Of a stretch of 32,633 nucleotides of DNA, positions 8,887-17,371 are shown one piece after another. The notes beneath the pieces were generated by a model. That model was given only the letters and a program-made list of their open reading frames with translations. It did no database searches and had not been told where the DNA came from. The position numbers were made by a program, and so were the translations under genes. The first letter of the stretch is position 1, and each line of letters begins with the position of its first letter. This DNA comes from an uncultured Staphylococcaceae bacterium (GTDB lineage Bacteria > Bacillota_I > Bacilli_A > RFN20 > CAG-826): positions 1 to 32,633 of the forward strand of contig CAYJAE010000002.1 in the NCBI GenBank assembly GCA_964368105.1, written 5' to 3'.

Positions 8887-9498
8887 CTATTTACGTTTAT
8901 TAAAGCCACTTAAGTAAATTTGTGGATTAAATCTCTCTAATGTTGGAAAAAGGAGAAATAATACAAGAGCAACTAGTACGGCAGAAGCCGCCATAGCGGG
9001 GGCGTTATAGAGAAACGAAGCAAGAAAAGAAGGACTCTCGTAAATAAGTAACCCATTAATTGTTGACCAAAGAATCCGGACACTAACACTAAGAAAGACG
9101 GAGAGTACTAAAACTGTATAGCGCATGTATATCTTGTTGTTACGGTTAAAAATGAAGAAGCGGAAGAAGGAAGCTATCGCTATTGAGCCGTAAGCCAATA
9201 AATAATCAAGTGGATAACTTTCGAACCGATAGCCGTCGAGTAATAACGTTGTAAATCCGTAAACTACCCCAATTCCTAAGAAACTATCCACAACTGGGAA
9301 ACGGAGAGCAATGATAAAAAGCGGCACCATGGTTAAACTAAGAGAAACGCCTTCACTAAAACTAATTTTTAAAAATGGTCGATCCAAGACGATTCCAAGC
9401 GCGACTAACATTGCCATTTCCGTAATACCCCGGACTGTAAGCATCCGCCCAAACCACTTTTCTACCCAATTCCTTTTGATAGGTTTTGTTTTTTCCAT
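8887..9498 (-). CDS. thiT: ECF-transporter S component for thiamine (ThiT-like)
   Basis: 203 aa from ATG 9498, 5 nt downstream of SD GGAGGA. About 6 TM helices. Sits directly downstream of a TPP riboswitch. The ORF-track start (9555) lies inside the riboswitch and is rejected. Confidence 0.7.
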   Translation of the reverse strand: MEKTKPIKRNWVEKWFGRMLTVRGITEMAMLVALGIVLDRPFLKISFSEGVSLSLTMVPLFIIALRFPVVDSFLGIGVVYGFTTLLLDGYRFESYPLDYLLAYGSIAIASFFRFFIFNRNNKIYMRYTVLVLSVFLSVSVRILWSTINGLLIYESPSFLASFLYNAPAMAASAVLVALVLFLLFPTLERFNPQIYLSGFNKRK

Positions 9499-9549
9499 AT
9501 TTCCTCCACGAGCAATAAAAAATGCCCCACTACTAGCGTGAAGGCAAAA

Positions 9550-9635
9550 ATTCATCCCTACGCCAGCATTATCTGTATCAGGTTCGGTCGAACATTCATT
9601 GTTCCTCTCAGCCAGGCATACCTAGCTCCCGTGAA
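9550..9635 (-). ncRNA. TPP (THI-box) riboswitch
   Basis: The - strand reads uucacGGGAGCuagguaugccugGCUGAGAggaacaaugaauguucgACCgAACCUGAUacagAUAAUGCugGCGUAGGGAugaa. The CUGAGA, ACCUGAU, UAAUGC and GCGUAGGGA blocks of the TPP consensus are all present in order. There is a P3 hairpin (GAACA/UGUUC) and a short P1 (UUCA/UGAA). Confidence 0.9.
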
Positions 9636-9638
9636 AAT

Positions 9639-9647
9639 ATTATAGCA
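9639..9647 (-). promoter_or_regulatory. Possible extended -10 TGCTATAAT in front of the TPP riboswitch
   Basis: The - strand reads tgctataat-atttt-cacggg. Caveat: a start 7 nt downstream would clip the 5' arm of P1, so read-through from ung is an alternative source of the riboswitch transcript. Confidence 0.35.
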
Positions 9648-9651
9648 AAAA

Positions 9652-10320
9652 CTAATCGTTATTCCAATTAATCGGTGTTAGTCCGTGTTCTTTTAAGAAC
9701 GCATTTGCTCGTGAAAAAGGTTTTGTTCCAAAAAAACCTCCTTGGTTAGCGCTTAAAGGAGAAGGATGGGCAGAAGTAATAATTAAGTTGTTAGTTCCCT
9801 TAATTGCTTTTTGATAAATTTTAGCTTTTGCGCCCCATAAAATAAAGACAACAGGTTCCGCTTTTAAACTAATCGCAGTAATAACGTCATTGGTAAATGC
9901 CTCATATTCTTTACGATTATGCGAAAGAGGTTTATCTGCTTCAACTGTTAAGATGGTGTTAAAAAGAAAGACCCCTTGAGGCGCTAAATACGACAAATCG
10001 CCGCTATTTCGCTCCTTTTTGCCTATATCTTCATCTAACTCTTTATAAATATTTCGTAAGCTTGGTGGGATTTTAATTCCTTCAGGAACCGAAAAAGCAA
10101 GGCCCATTGCTTCACCAATATTGTGATAAGGATCTTGTCCTAATATGACAATCTTGATACTGCTGAATGGCGTTAACGTAAAAGCATTAAAGACTAAATC
10201 ACGTGGCGGATAAACAATTTTTTCACTGTAAACCTTGTTTAAAAAAGTTTCAATGTTTTGAAAGTACATTGTTTCTTTTACTTCTTTAAAAAACTCTTCC
10301 CATGAATTGACTCGTCGCAT
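9652..10320 (-). CDS. ung: Uracil-DNA glycosylase (family 1)
   Basis: 222 aa from ATG 10320 (MRRVNSWEEFFKE...). Has the catalytic GQDPYH motif and the HPSPLSA Leu-loop motif. The GTG extension to 10341 in the track contains the -10 box and is rejected. Confidence 0.93.
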   Translation of the reverse strand: MRRVNSWEEFFKEVKETMYFQNIETFLNKVYSEKIVYPPRDLVFNAFTLTPFSSIKIVILGQDPYHNIGEAMGLAFSVPEGIKIPPSLRNIYKELDEDIGKKERNSGDLSYLAPQGVFLFNTILTVEADKPLSHNRKEYEAFTNDVITAISLKAEPVVFILWGAKAKIYQKAIKGTNNLIITSAHPSPLSANQGGFFGTKPFSRANAFLKEHGLTPINWNND

Positions 10321-10326
10321 AGGTTT

Positions 10327-10335
10327 ATTATAGCA
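10327..10335 (-). promoter_or_regulatory. Extended -10 element TGCTATAAT, 6 nt upstream of the ung ATG, no SD (leaderless-type)
   Basis: The - strand reads tgctataat-aaacct-ATG. Confidence 0.5.
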
Positions 10336-10373
10336 CGCCACTAAATATTGGCGGATTGACCGCTCTTTTGCGG

Positions 10374-10379
10374 TATAAT
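10374..10379 (+). promoter_or_regulatory. -10 box TATAAT, 9 nt upstream of ATG 10389 (leaderless-type)
   Basis: The + strand reads ttgaccgctcttttgcggtataat-agataggct-ATG. No convincing SD. The TTGACC is only 12 nt upstream of the -10, so there is no good -35. Confidence 0.4.
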
Positions 10380-10388
10380 AGATAGGCT

Positions 10389-11459
10389 ATGAAAATTCTA
10401 TTTGTTTTTAATCATCCAGCGCCTTATAAAGTTGCGCTTCTTAATGGCCTTAGTGCTCATCATGATTTACACGTTATTTTTGAACGAGGAAAAGCAAAAG
10501 ATCGGCAAAAAGAGTTTTATAATGAACAAAAGTATCAATTTACTCTCCATAAAATTAAAGGTCTTTCCTTAGGAAACGAAAATCACCTTTCATTCGGGGT
10601 TAAAAAACATATCAAACACAATAAATACGATTTAATCATTATTAATGGTTATTCTACACTTACGGAAATGATTGCGCTTCGCTACTTAAAGCGGAAAAAA
10701 ATTCCTTATGCTTTCTATATTAACGGGGGCATTGTTAAGGCAGAAAACAAACTTGCTTATAGAATAAAAAAATACTTTATAAGTGGCGCTTCTCTCTACT
10801 TTAGCCCAGCTTATAAGGCTAATGAATACTTAACTCATTACGGAGCGCCGGCACATTTTATTAACAATTATCCCTACTCTACTGTCTATCAAAAAGACAT
10901 TGTTAATACTAAACTTTCCGGAGCAGAAAAAGCAAAATTTTGGGAAGAAAAAGGCATTAAAAGTGACAATTTTACGATATGTGTAACAAGCTTTATTAAG
11001 CGTAAAAATAATGAAGCAATTATAAAGGCCTGGCGTGATGTTCCCCCAACAAATTCGCTCATCTTTGTGGGTGAAGGTCCACTGCATAAAGAGTACGAAG
11101 AATTGATCGAAAAGTACAATCTAAAGAATGTGTTTTTACTACCTTACGCGAGCAAGGAAATTGTCTTTAATTACTTAAAACACGCCGATAATGCCGTGTA
11201 TTTGAGCAATTATGACATTTATGGGCATGTAATTAATGAGGCTTTAGCGCACGGTCTTAACATTCTTACTTCACCAAATATGGTCGCTGCTTGTGAAGTA
11301 ATTAAGGATGATATTAATGGTCTTTTTGTTAGTGATAATATAGCGGATTCACTCAATAAATTATTCAGAAAAGACTACTTTAATGCTGCAATAAAGAGCG
11401 CAATTTCTGTTGAAGAATCAATCAAAAAACACTTAGAAATATTGGAGCGAATAAAATGA
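10389..11459 (+). CDS. GT-B glycosyltransferase (family 4/1)
   Basis: 356 aa. The C-terminal domain has FVGEGPL...YGHVINEALAHGLNILTS (E-x7-E type motif). ATGA overlap with the next gene. Confidence 0.85.
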   Translation: MKILFVFNHPAPYKVALLNGLSAHHDLHVIFERGKAKDRQKEFYNEQKYQFTLHKIKGLSLGNENHLSFGVKKHIKHNKYDLIIINGYSTLTEMIALRYLKRKKIPYAFYINGGIVKAENKLAYRIKKYFISGASLYFSPAYKANEYLTHYGAPAHFINNYPYSTVYQKDIVNTKLSGAEKAKFWEEKGIKSDNFTICVTSFIKRKNNEAIIKAWRDVPPTNSLIFVGEGPLHKEYEELIEKYNLKNVFLLPYASKEIVFNYLKHADNAVYLSNYDIYGHVINEALAHGLNILTSPNMVAACEVIKDDINGLFVSDNIADSLNKLFRKDYFNAAIKSAISVEESIKKHLEILERIK

Positions 11460-12556
11460 AAATTCTTTATTTAACAACCGCTCGCCATCCGAAAGATTAT
11501 GCAACTTTTTTAGCGGAAAATAAGACTGCTCCTAACCCGAGTAATCAAAATTTTCACACTAAATTTATTGATTTATTATCCACTACTTTTACGATGAAAG
11601 TCGTTAGTGCACGAGCAATGGAAAAACAGTTTTTTGTTAAAAGTGCAAGAAACGATATTTACTATTATCCGTGCTTTGTCAACAATGTTTTATTCCGTCG
11701 TTATTCTCTTGTTCATCCCACAATTAAAGAAGCAAAGAAATTTGCGCCCGATGTTATTTTTGTTGACGTTTTAAATGTCACTCTCTTAACTTTAGCGCAT
11801 AAAATTAAGAAAGCTATGAACGTAAAGATTATTGGTATAGTCACAGATAATCCGCTGAACATTACTGGTGCGAGAAAAAAGTATAGTGAGTCTGTTTTTA
11901 AATTAAGTCGCATTTGTGACGGTTATTTAACCTTAACTAGTGGTCTTCTTAAACTCTTTAACGATAATGATAAACCACACTTGATTGTTCCGGGTTTTAT
12001 CAATTCAAAAACAAGCAATGAAGAAACACATGACGAATATGCCTTTTTTGCTGGTGCGTTATACGAAAGATATGGTGTTAAAAACTTAATTGAGATTTTT
12101 AAAGATAAACGTATACCACTTAAGTTAACAATTGCCGGACACGGTCCATTAGCGGAGGAGTTAAGACGAGAACATCACCCTAACATTGAATTTATTGGTC
12201 AAGTTTCTCCTGAAGTCGCTTTCCATTTAGCGCAGAAAGCTAAAATACTAATTAACCCACGACCACTTGATCCCCAAATTGATTTATATTCAGTTCCAAG
12301 TAAAGTTCTCGATTACATTAATAGTGAAACAGTCACAATTTCAACTTTAAACGAAGAAATTAAGAAATTAGTCGGTGACACAATTTGTTGGATTAACGAT
12401 AACGAAAAAGAAACTATAATAAAAGCCATTCGTGATGTTCTTAAAGATTACGATTTTTGGCGGGTTCGGGCAATCTCTGCGAAGAAAGCTTTAGTCGCAG
12501 CAATTGACGAAAAAATAACCCTTGACCGCATTGCAAACCTCATTCAAAGACTTTAA
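11456..12556 (+). CDS. GT-B glycosyltransferase (family 4/1-like, divergent)
   Basis: 366 aa. IAGHGPLAEELR...IEFIGQVS...ILINPRP...SVPSKVLDYI resembles the GT-B C-terminal nucleotide-sugar binding domain. Confidence 0.7.
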   Translation: MKILYLTTARHPKDYATFLAENKTAPNPSNQNFHTKFIDLLSTTFTMKVVSARAMEKQFFVKSARNDIYYYPCFVNNVLFRRYSLVHPTIKEAKKFAPDVIFVDVLNVTLLTLAHKIKKAMNVKIIGIVTDNPLNITGARKKYSESVFKLSRICDGYLTLTSGLLKLFNDNDKPHLIVPGFINSKTSNEETHDEYAFFAGALYERYGVKNLIEIFKDKRIPLKLTIAGHGPLAEELRREHHPNIEFIGQVSPEVAFHLAQKAKILINPRPLDPQIDLYSVPSKVLDYINSETVTISTLNEEIKKLVGDTICWINDNEKETIIKAIRDVLKDYDFWRVRAISAKKALVAAIDEKITLDRIANLIQRL

Positions 12557-12637
12557 ATATTTAGTTCATTGTTCATATTTTTATTGAAATTTTGTCATTA
12601 TTTGCTTATTTTTTAATAAAAAATAATTAAAATATAC

Positions 12638-12643
12638 TATAAT
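12638..12643 (+). promoter_or_regulatory. -10 box TATAAT, 6 nt upstream of the wzx ATG, no SD (leaderless-type)
   Basis: The + strand reads atactataat-tacttc-ATG in an AT-rich 93-nt spacer. Confidence 0.45.
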
Positions 12644-12649
12644 TACTTC

Positions 12650-14143
12650 ATGCAACGAAAAGAAATGCGGTCGCCCGTTATCTTTACCCTCATTAGAACA
12701 GTCTCTATCGCCCTGCTTTCTTTTATCTCGTTTCCGTTTGCCTCGCAAGCGCTTGGCGCCTCGGCAATGGGGATGTATAGTTGGGCCAACACTTTTGTTT
12801 ATTACTTTTTAATTATTTCACGGCTTGGTATTCCGCTTATTGCTACTCGAGAATGCGCAAAGGTGAAAGACGATAAAGAAGCCTTAAATAGTAAAATCCA
12901 ATCATTCTTTATTCTGCAGTTAATTACAACCGGATTATCCTATGTTGCTTTCCTCGTTATTATGTTTTTGGGGCGTGGCGTCATTGTTAGTGAAAACCTC
13001 TGGCAACTCGTCTTTTTACTTTCAACGAACCTTTTAGTTGGAGTTTTTTCCTTTGAATGGGTATATATTGCGCTTGATCGCGTCTTTTATACTTCAGTTC
13101 GGTCAATTGCTATCACCGTCTTTAGTACTCTCTTAATTATTATTTTTGTGCAAAATGACCATGATTTATATATTTATGCTCTCCTTAATTTACTCGGAAC
13201 ATTTTTAACAGTCTTCTCTAACCTTATATTTTTGAAACGAGAAGGTGTCTCTTTTTCAAACAAGCGGAAGATAAACTTGAAGTACTTAACTAGGTCTCTA
13301 TTATTTGTTTTTGGCATTACTTTCATTATTACTGCCTATAATCAAAGTGATTCGCTGATTCTTGGTTATATTGATGACTCTTTCCGTTCAACCGGGGCGT
13401 ATTCAGTCGGGATACGGGGAATCGAAATAGTAATTACAATTATTACTTCACTCAGTGGAGTCTTCGTAATTAGGACAACCGCTGCGCTGCGTGACGATAA
13501 TATTCCGGCTTTTAATTCAATTATTAACTATAGTTCAAACATCATTTTTTTTATTGGCGTGCCGGCGGTAATGTTTGTTGTTGGACTAGCCCCAGAGATT
13601 ATTAACTTCATTGTCGCAGGCAGTCCTTATTGGGACGCAGAATCTACAAAGAATGCGGTTTTAGCCTTATCTATCCTTGCTCCGATGATGTTAACTTATA
13701 GTATTCATGACGGTATTTATCAACAAGTCTTAGTGCCGCTACAAAAAGAAAAAACATATTTTATAACTATGCTTATTGCTCTTGTCTTTAACATTACGCT
13801 TAGTATTATCTTTGCACTCTTTGTTTTCCCGGATAATCCGCTTTTAGGTGTGGCAATTATTACTTTGGTGTCTGAAGTACTCATTTTAGCTATTATCTTT
13901 GTCTTGACCCGCAAATACACACTGCGACACTTCTTTAACTGGAACAACTTAAAAATAGTAGCCGCTAGTGCAATTAGTTTAGCGCTTGTCTTACTACTAA
14001 AGACATTTACTCCACCTATTGCAAGTTTAGCAACAGTTGGCCTTTCAATTGTCATTGGTGGGATAATATACGTGGGTCTTCTATTAATTTCCAAAGAACA
14101 ACTAGTCTATGATTTAGTAAAAGGAGGGCAAAATGGGCGCTAA
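12650..14143 (+). CDS. wzx: Wzx-type oligosaccharide flippase (MOP/PST superfamily)
   Basis: 497 aa with about 12-14 TM helices. N-terminal pattern and size are typical of polysaccharide biosynthesis (PST) flippases. Located in a glycan locus. Confidence 0.75.
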   Translation: MQRKEMRSPVIFTLIRTVSIALLSFISFPFASQALGASAMGMYSWANTFVYYFLIISRLGIPLIATRECAKVKDDKEALNSKIQSFFILQLITTGLSYVAFLVIMFLGRGVIVSENLWQLVFLLSTNLLVGVFSFEWVYIALDRVFYTSVRSIAITVFSTLLIIIFVQNDHDLYIYALLNLLGTFLTVFSNLIFLKREGVSFSNKRKINLKYLTRSLLFVFGITFIITAYNQSDSLILGYIDDSFRSTGAYSVGIRGIEIVITIITSLSGVFVIRTTAALRDDNIPAFNSIINYSSNIIFFIGVPAVMFVVGLAPEIINFIVAGSPYWDAESTKNAVLALSILAPMMLTYSIHDGIYQQVLVPLQKEKTYFITMLIALVFNITLSIIFALFVFPDNPLLGVAIITLVSEVLILAIIFVLTRKYTLRHFFNWNNLKIVAASAISLALVLLLKTFTPPIASLATVGLSIVIGGIIYVGLLLISKEQLVYDLVKGGQNGR

Positions 14144-15056
14144 TCCGAATTTTAAAGTGAAACCCGAAAAACAGAAGTTTGCTAACATTATGCGGCCGCT
14201 TTTACTACTTGCTCCCCGCAAATGGTATGTTTCTTGGCAATATCGCTATATTACTGGTCGAAAACTAAATTGGAAAACCCTTGATCGTTATACTGAAAAG
14301 CTTCAGCATTTTCGCCTTAACTATTTTCCGTATTCCCAAGATGTAATAAACGCTACTTCACGCATTAGAGCAAGAACAAGAGTCGCTAAACAAGGCCTTG
14401 AACATCTTTTAATCCCCTTAGTGGGAATTTATCACGATGTTGACGCAATTGACTTTAATGCTCTTCCTAACAAGTTTGTCATTAAAGGAGTCCATGCTTG
14501 TGCCTTTAATTATATTTGCGCGGATAAAGATCAATTAAACGTTCCAAAACTTAAATACCAACTTAGAAAATGGCTTTCAACTGATTACGGCAAACAAACT
14601 ATCGAACCACATTATTCAAAAATAAAGCCGGGTTTTATCATTGAAGAGTATCTAGGTGACGAAGCTCATCTTCCTTTAGAATATAAAATCCACGTCTTTA
14701 ACGGTGTTGCTCGTTATTATTATGTTGTTAGTGACCGCGGTAAAGACATTCATTACGATAATTTTTATGCGGACGGCACTCCTTTTCCTCGGGCGCAGTT
14801 TAATGATTGGCAAAGTAGTGGTAAACCCGAAAGAAATCCCTCACTTTTACCAGAATTAATAAAATACGCTGAAAAACTAGCGGAAGGCTTACTTTATTGC
14901 CGGGTTGACTTATTTGTCCTTAGCAACAAAGTTTATTTTAATGAATTTACTTTTACACCCGCAAAAGGGACACTCCGTTTCGCAGATGACGCAGTTGATT
15001 TTGAAATTAGTCAGTGGTTAGATATTTCTAGTACCATGAAGAAAAAGGAAACATAA
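14133..15056 (+). CDS. TupA-like ATP-grasp protein
   Basis: 307 aa. LPNKFVIKGVHACAFNYIC...EPHYSKIKPGFIIEEYL...EYKIHVFNGVARYYYVVSDR...FYADG matches the ATPgrasp_TupA pattern as I remember it. Overlaps wzx by 11 nt. Confidence 0.7.
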   Translation: MGANPNFKVKPEKQKFANIMRPLLLLAPRKWYVSWQYRYITGRKLNWKTLDRYTEKLQHFRLNYFPYSQDVINATSRIRARTRVAKQGLEHLLIPLVGIYHDVDAIDFNALPNKFVIKGVHACAFNYICADKDQLNVPKLKYQLRKWLSTDYGKQTIEPHYSKIKPGFIIEEYLGDEAHLPLEYKIHVFNGVARYYYVVSDRGKDIHYDNFYADGTPFPRAQFNDWQSSGKPERNPSLLPELIKYAEKLAEGLLYCRVDLFVLSNKVYFNEFTFTPAKGTLRFADDAVDFEISQWLDISSTMKKKET

Positions 15057-15993
15057 CTTCATAAAGCATTAAGGCAAACTCTCCGTCTACACTCTCGTCT
15101 TTTACGCCACCTGGCATTAAATAATCGTGACTTAACAACTTATAATCAATACTCATTCCACTGACACGTTTTAAAGTGTCTTTTTCTGGTAAGACTTTTG
15201 TAAGATCAAAACTCATAACTGTCGTTGTGCCACTGTCATCGGTTTGTAAGCCGTCAACAACGTAATTAAGCGTAATCTTTTTCCCTTTAGAATTAGGGGT
15301 TGTACTTTTTTCAATATAGAAACTAATATTAAATTCTACTTTCGCAGTTCTGACGCGCTCCATTCCAGTGTAATCAACATCAGTCCCGCCCCGAGCGGAG
15401 AGAATGAAGTTACGGTAATAAATGAGTTCGTGATCAAAGACTTGACCGATTCCGTTTTCATCTATTTGCATCCGCACTAAAGAACCAGTGCCGTCACAAA
15501 GAATTAACCCGTCCGTTAATTTAGAGAAGTAGCCTTTTTTAAAGCTTGACTTTACTTTTTCGTTTCCAGCACTGACACTTAAATTATTGTTTTTTGCGTA
15601 ATGATACCAACTTGCGTAAGTGTTCGATGACTTACCAAGTTCTTCATAGACCGCTAAAGGATCTTCATCTTTATTAATTTTCGTGACTGTTTCGTTACCG
15701 TAGAGGTCGATTGTTTTGTCAATGTCCATCGCATTATCACTATTAATAATATCGCCAAGCATTATCTCTTTAAAGGCGTTGTTGTAAGGTTGCGATAACC
15801 CTACTTGATCCGTGATGGTATAAACCTCTTCAACGTAATCGCCCTTTAAAAACCGCTCCGGCATCATCCGGTAATAGTTTTGTGAGAATTCTTGAGTATG
15901 AAATTCACCCTCGTTATACGTTTCACCAACAAGAGTACAGCCAGTTAGAATAGTTACCATTCCAAGAAGTGGCAAAATTTTATTCATTTTCAT
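15028..15993 (-). CDS. Lipoprotein, unknown function
   Basis: 321 aa. Signal peptide with lipobox MKMNKILPLLGMVTILTG|C. Its start overlaps the upstream gene by 14 nt. Its 3' end overlaps the convergent ATP-grasp gene by 29 nt. Confidence 0.75.
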   Translation of the reverse strand: MKMNKILPLLGMVTILTGCTLVGETYNEGEFHTQEFSQNYYRMMPERFLKGDYVEEVYTITDQVGLSQPYNNAFKEIMLGDIINSDNAMDIDKTIDLYGNETVTKINKDEDPLAVYEELGKSSNTYASWYHYAKNNNLSVSAGNEKVKSSFKKGYFSKLTDGLILCDGTGSLVRMQIDENGIGQVFDHELIYYRNFILSARGGTDVDYTGMERVRTAKVEFNISFYIEKSTTPNSKGKKITLNYVVDGLQTDDSGTTTVMSFDLTKVLPEKDTLKRVSGMSIDYKLLSHDYLMPGGVKDESVDGEFALMLYEVMFPFSSWY

Positions 15994-17371
15994 TACTAAC
16001 TACCTCCGGTCTATTTTTAGTTTTAAACATATAACCAACAAGGAAAACAAAAACAAGAAATTCTGGTTGATTAATTAATGGGAAATTATTTTTAGCCATG
16101 TCTTCATCAAAGATAAATTTGTTAAACGGATAATTAAGGAGGGAACGGATGAAGATCGTAATAAAGACACTAATAACTGCAACTTTTAGTATAACGTCGT
16201 CTTCACTCTCCTTGAAATAGCGGTAAATGGCAATAATTGCTAAAACAAGGAATGCCATTAGTAAGAGGAAGGGAACAAGCCCGTCAATCCAAAGAACATC
16301 AAAGAAGAGGGAGTGCGACGGGAATACCTTAGTGCCTCCAACATAATTACTCGCAAAACCAGTTAAAGTAAAAGAGCGGAACGATTCACTAAAGATAAGA
16401 TAAAACCGTTGCATATAACTATTGAATAATAATTTTCGCAGAAGTGGCACTCTTTGGTAAAATCCTTGAATATTAAAGACGTTAAACGCGCCCATAATAA
16501 AGACAAGTAATCCAGCGCCAAGTACACCAAGAATAACAAAACCGGTTATTTTATTATCAAGTTTTTTTAGTAATTCAAAGCGTTTAAGAAGCGCAAAAGC
16601 AAGCGCTGGTAATAAGAAGATTAAACTTAAAAATGAACCAGTTAAAACAATTGTTAAAAGCCCAATTCCGCCGACGACTGAAAGGGTAATTGTCACATAT
16701 TTATTCGTGTCTTTTTTAATAAAGATTAGGCCAGTCGCAACGCTTGTTATAAAGAGCGCACTATTAATCAAAACATCAATATCAACATTCATCAGTTTGA
16801 AACCAACAAGGAGCGAAGCTTGGTTTGCAACCGAATAAGCTTGGCCATTATAGAAGATAACTTTGCCGGCATAAAGAAGTGTATGAAAGAAGCCAAAAGT
16901 AGCTAAAGTAGCAATTAAAGAAATAAGAAGGGGCAGCGTTAATCCTACTAAAAGCGTAATATAGACGACTTTTGTCGAGAAAACACGACTCTTTTGTAAA
17001 AAGTAACCAAGTAAGATAATTGCTAAAAGTGCGAAGGCACTAATGAGCCGTTCAAACATTGAGTAGTTCATAATCGTTATGCTTGGACCAACAAAACCGT
17101 CATACTTACCGTAAGCTGGTGAGAGGAGGAGAAAGACGCCATAAAAGAAAAGTGGCATGAGTAAGAAATATAATCCGGAGGCTAAATCAGCCTTTGTTTC
17201 TTTCCAAAAAAGCGGCAATAGAATAATCGCAAATACAATTGCAATGCCCTTTAAAACAACCCCAATATTACCAAGATCAAAAGCGATAAAAAGCATTAAT
17301 TCTAAAGCTAAAAATAATGTTAAGAGACGTATATTTTCGACGCGTGACTTATTTTTCATTACCAGTAACAT
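15980..17371 (-). CDS. Wzy/O-antigen-ligase family polytopic membrane protein (putative glycan polymerase or ligase)
   Basis: 463 aa with more than 10 TM helices. A loop PSHSLFFDVLWIDGLVPFLLL resembles the Wzy_C signature (xHNxxLxxLxExG). An alternative start at ATG 17359 would give a TAATG junction with the upstream gene. Confidence 0.6.
   Translation of the reverse strand: MLLVMKNKSRVENIRLLTLFLALELMLFIAFDLGNIGVVLKGIAIVFAIILLPLFWKETKADLASGLYFLLMPLFFYGVFLLLSPAYGKYDGFVGPSITIMNYSMFERLISAFALLAIILLGYFLQKSRVFSTKVVYITLLVGLTLPLLISLIATLATFGFFHTLLYAGKVIFYNGQAYSVANQASLLVGFKLMNVDIDVLINSALFITSVATGLIFIKKDTNKYVTITLSVVGGIGLLTIVLTGSFLSLIFLLPALAFALLKRFELLKKLDNKITGFVILGVLGAGLLVFIMGAFNVFNIQGFYQRVPLLRKLLFNSYMQRFYLIFSESFRSFTLTGFASNYVGGTKVFPSHSLFFDVLWIDGLVPFLLLMAFLVLAIIAIYRYFKESEDDVILKVAVISVFITIFIRSLLNYPFNKFIFDEDMAKNNFPLINQPEFLVFVFLVGYMFKTKNRPEVVSNENE

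Noticed and set aside
9499-9555. N-terminal 19-codon extension of the ThiT-like ORF (MNFCLHASSGAFFIARGGN)
   Set aside because: These codons are the 3' part and expression platform of the TPP riboswitch. The internal ATG at 9498 has a GGAGGA SD.
10321-10341. GTG-initiated extension of ung
   Set aside because: The extension contains the TGCTATAAT -10 box. Alignment logic with other family-1 UDGs (…SW…) fits the ATG at 10320.
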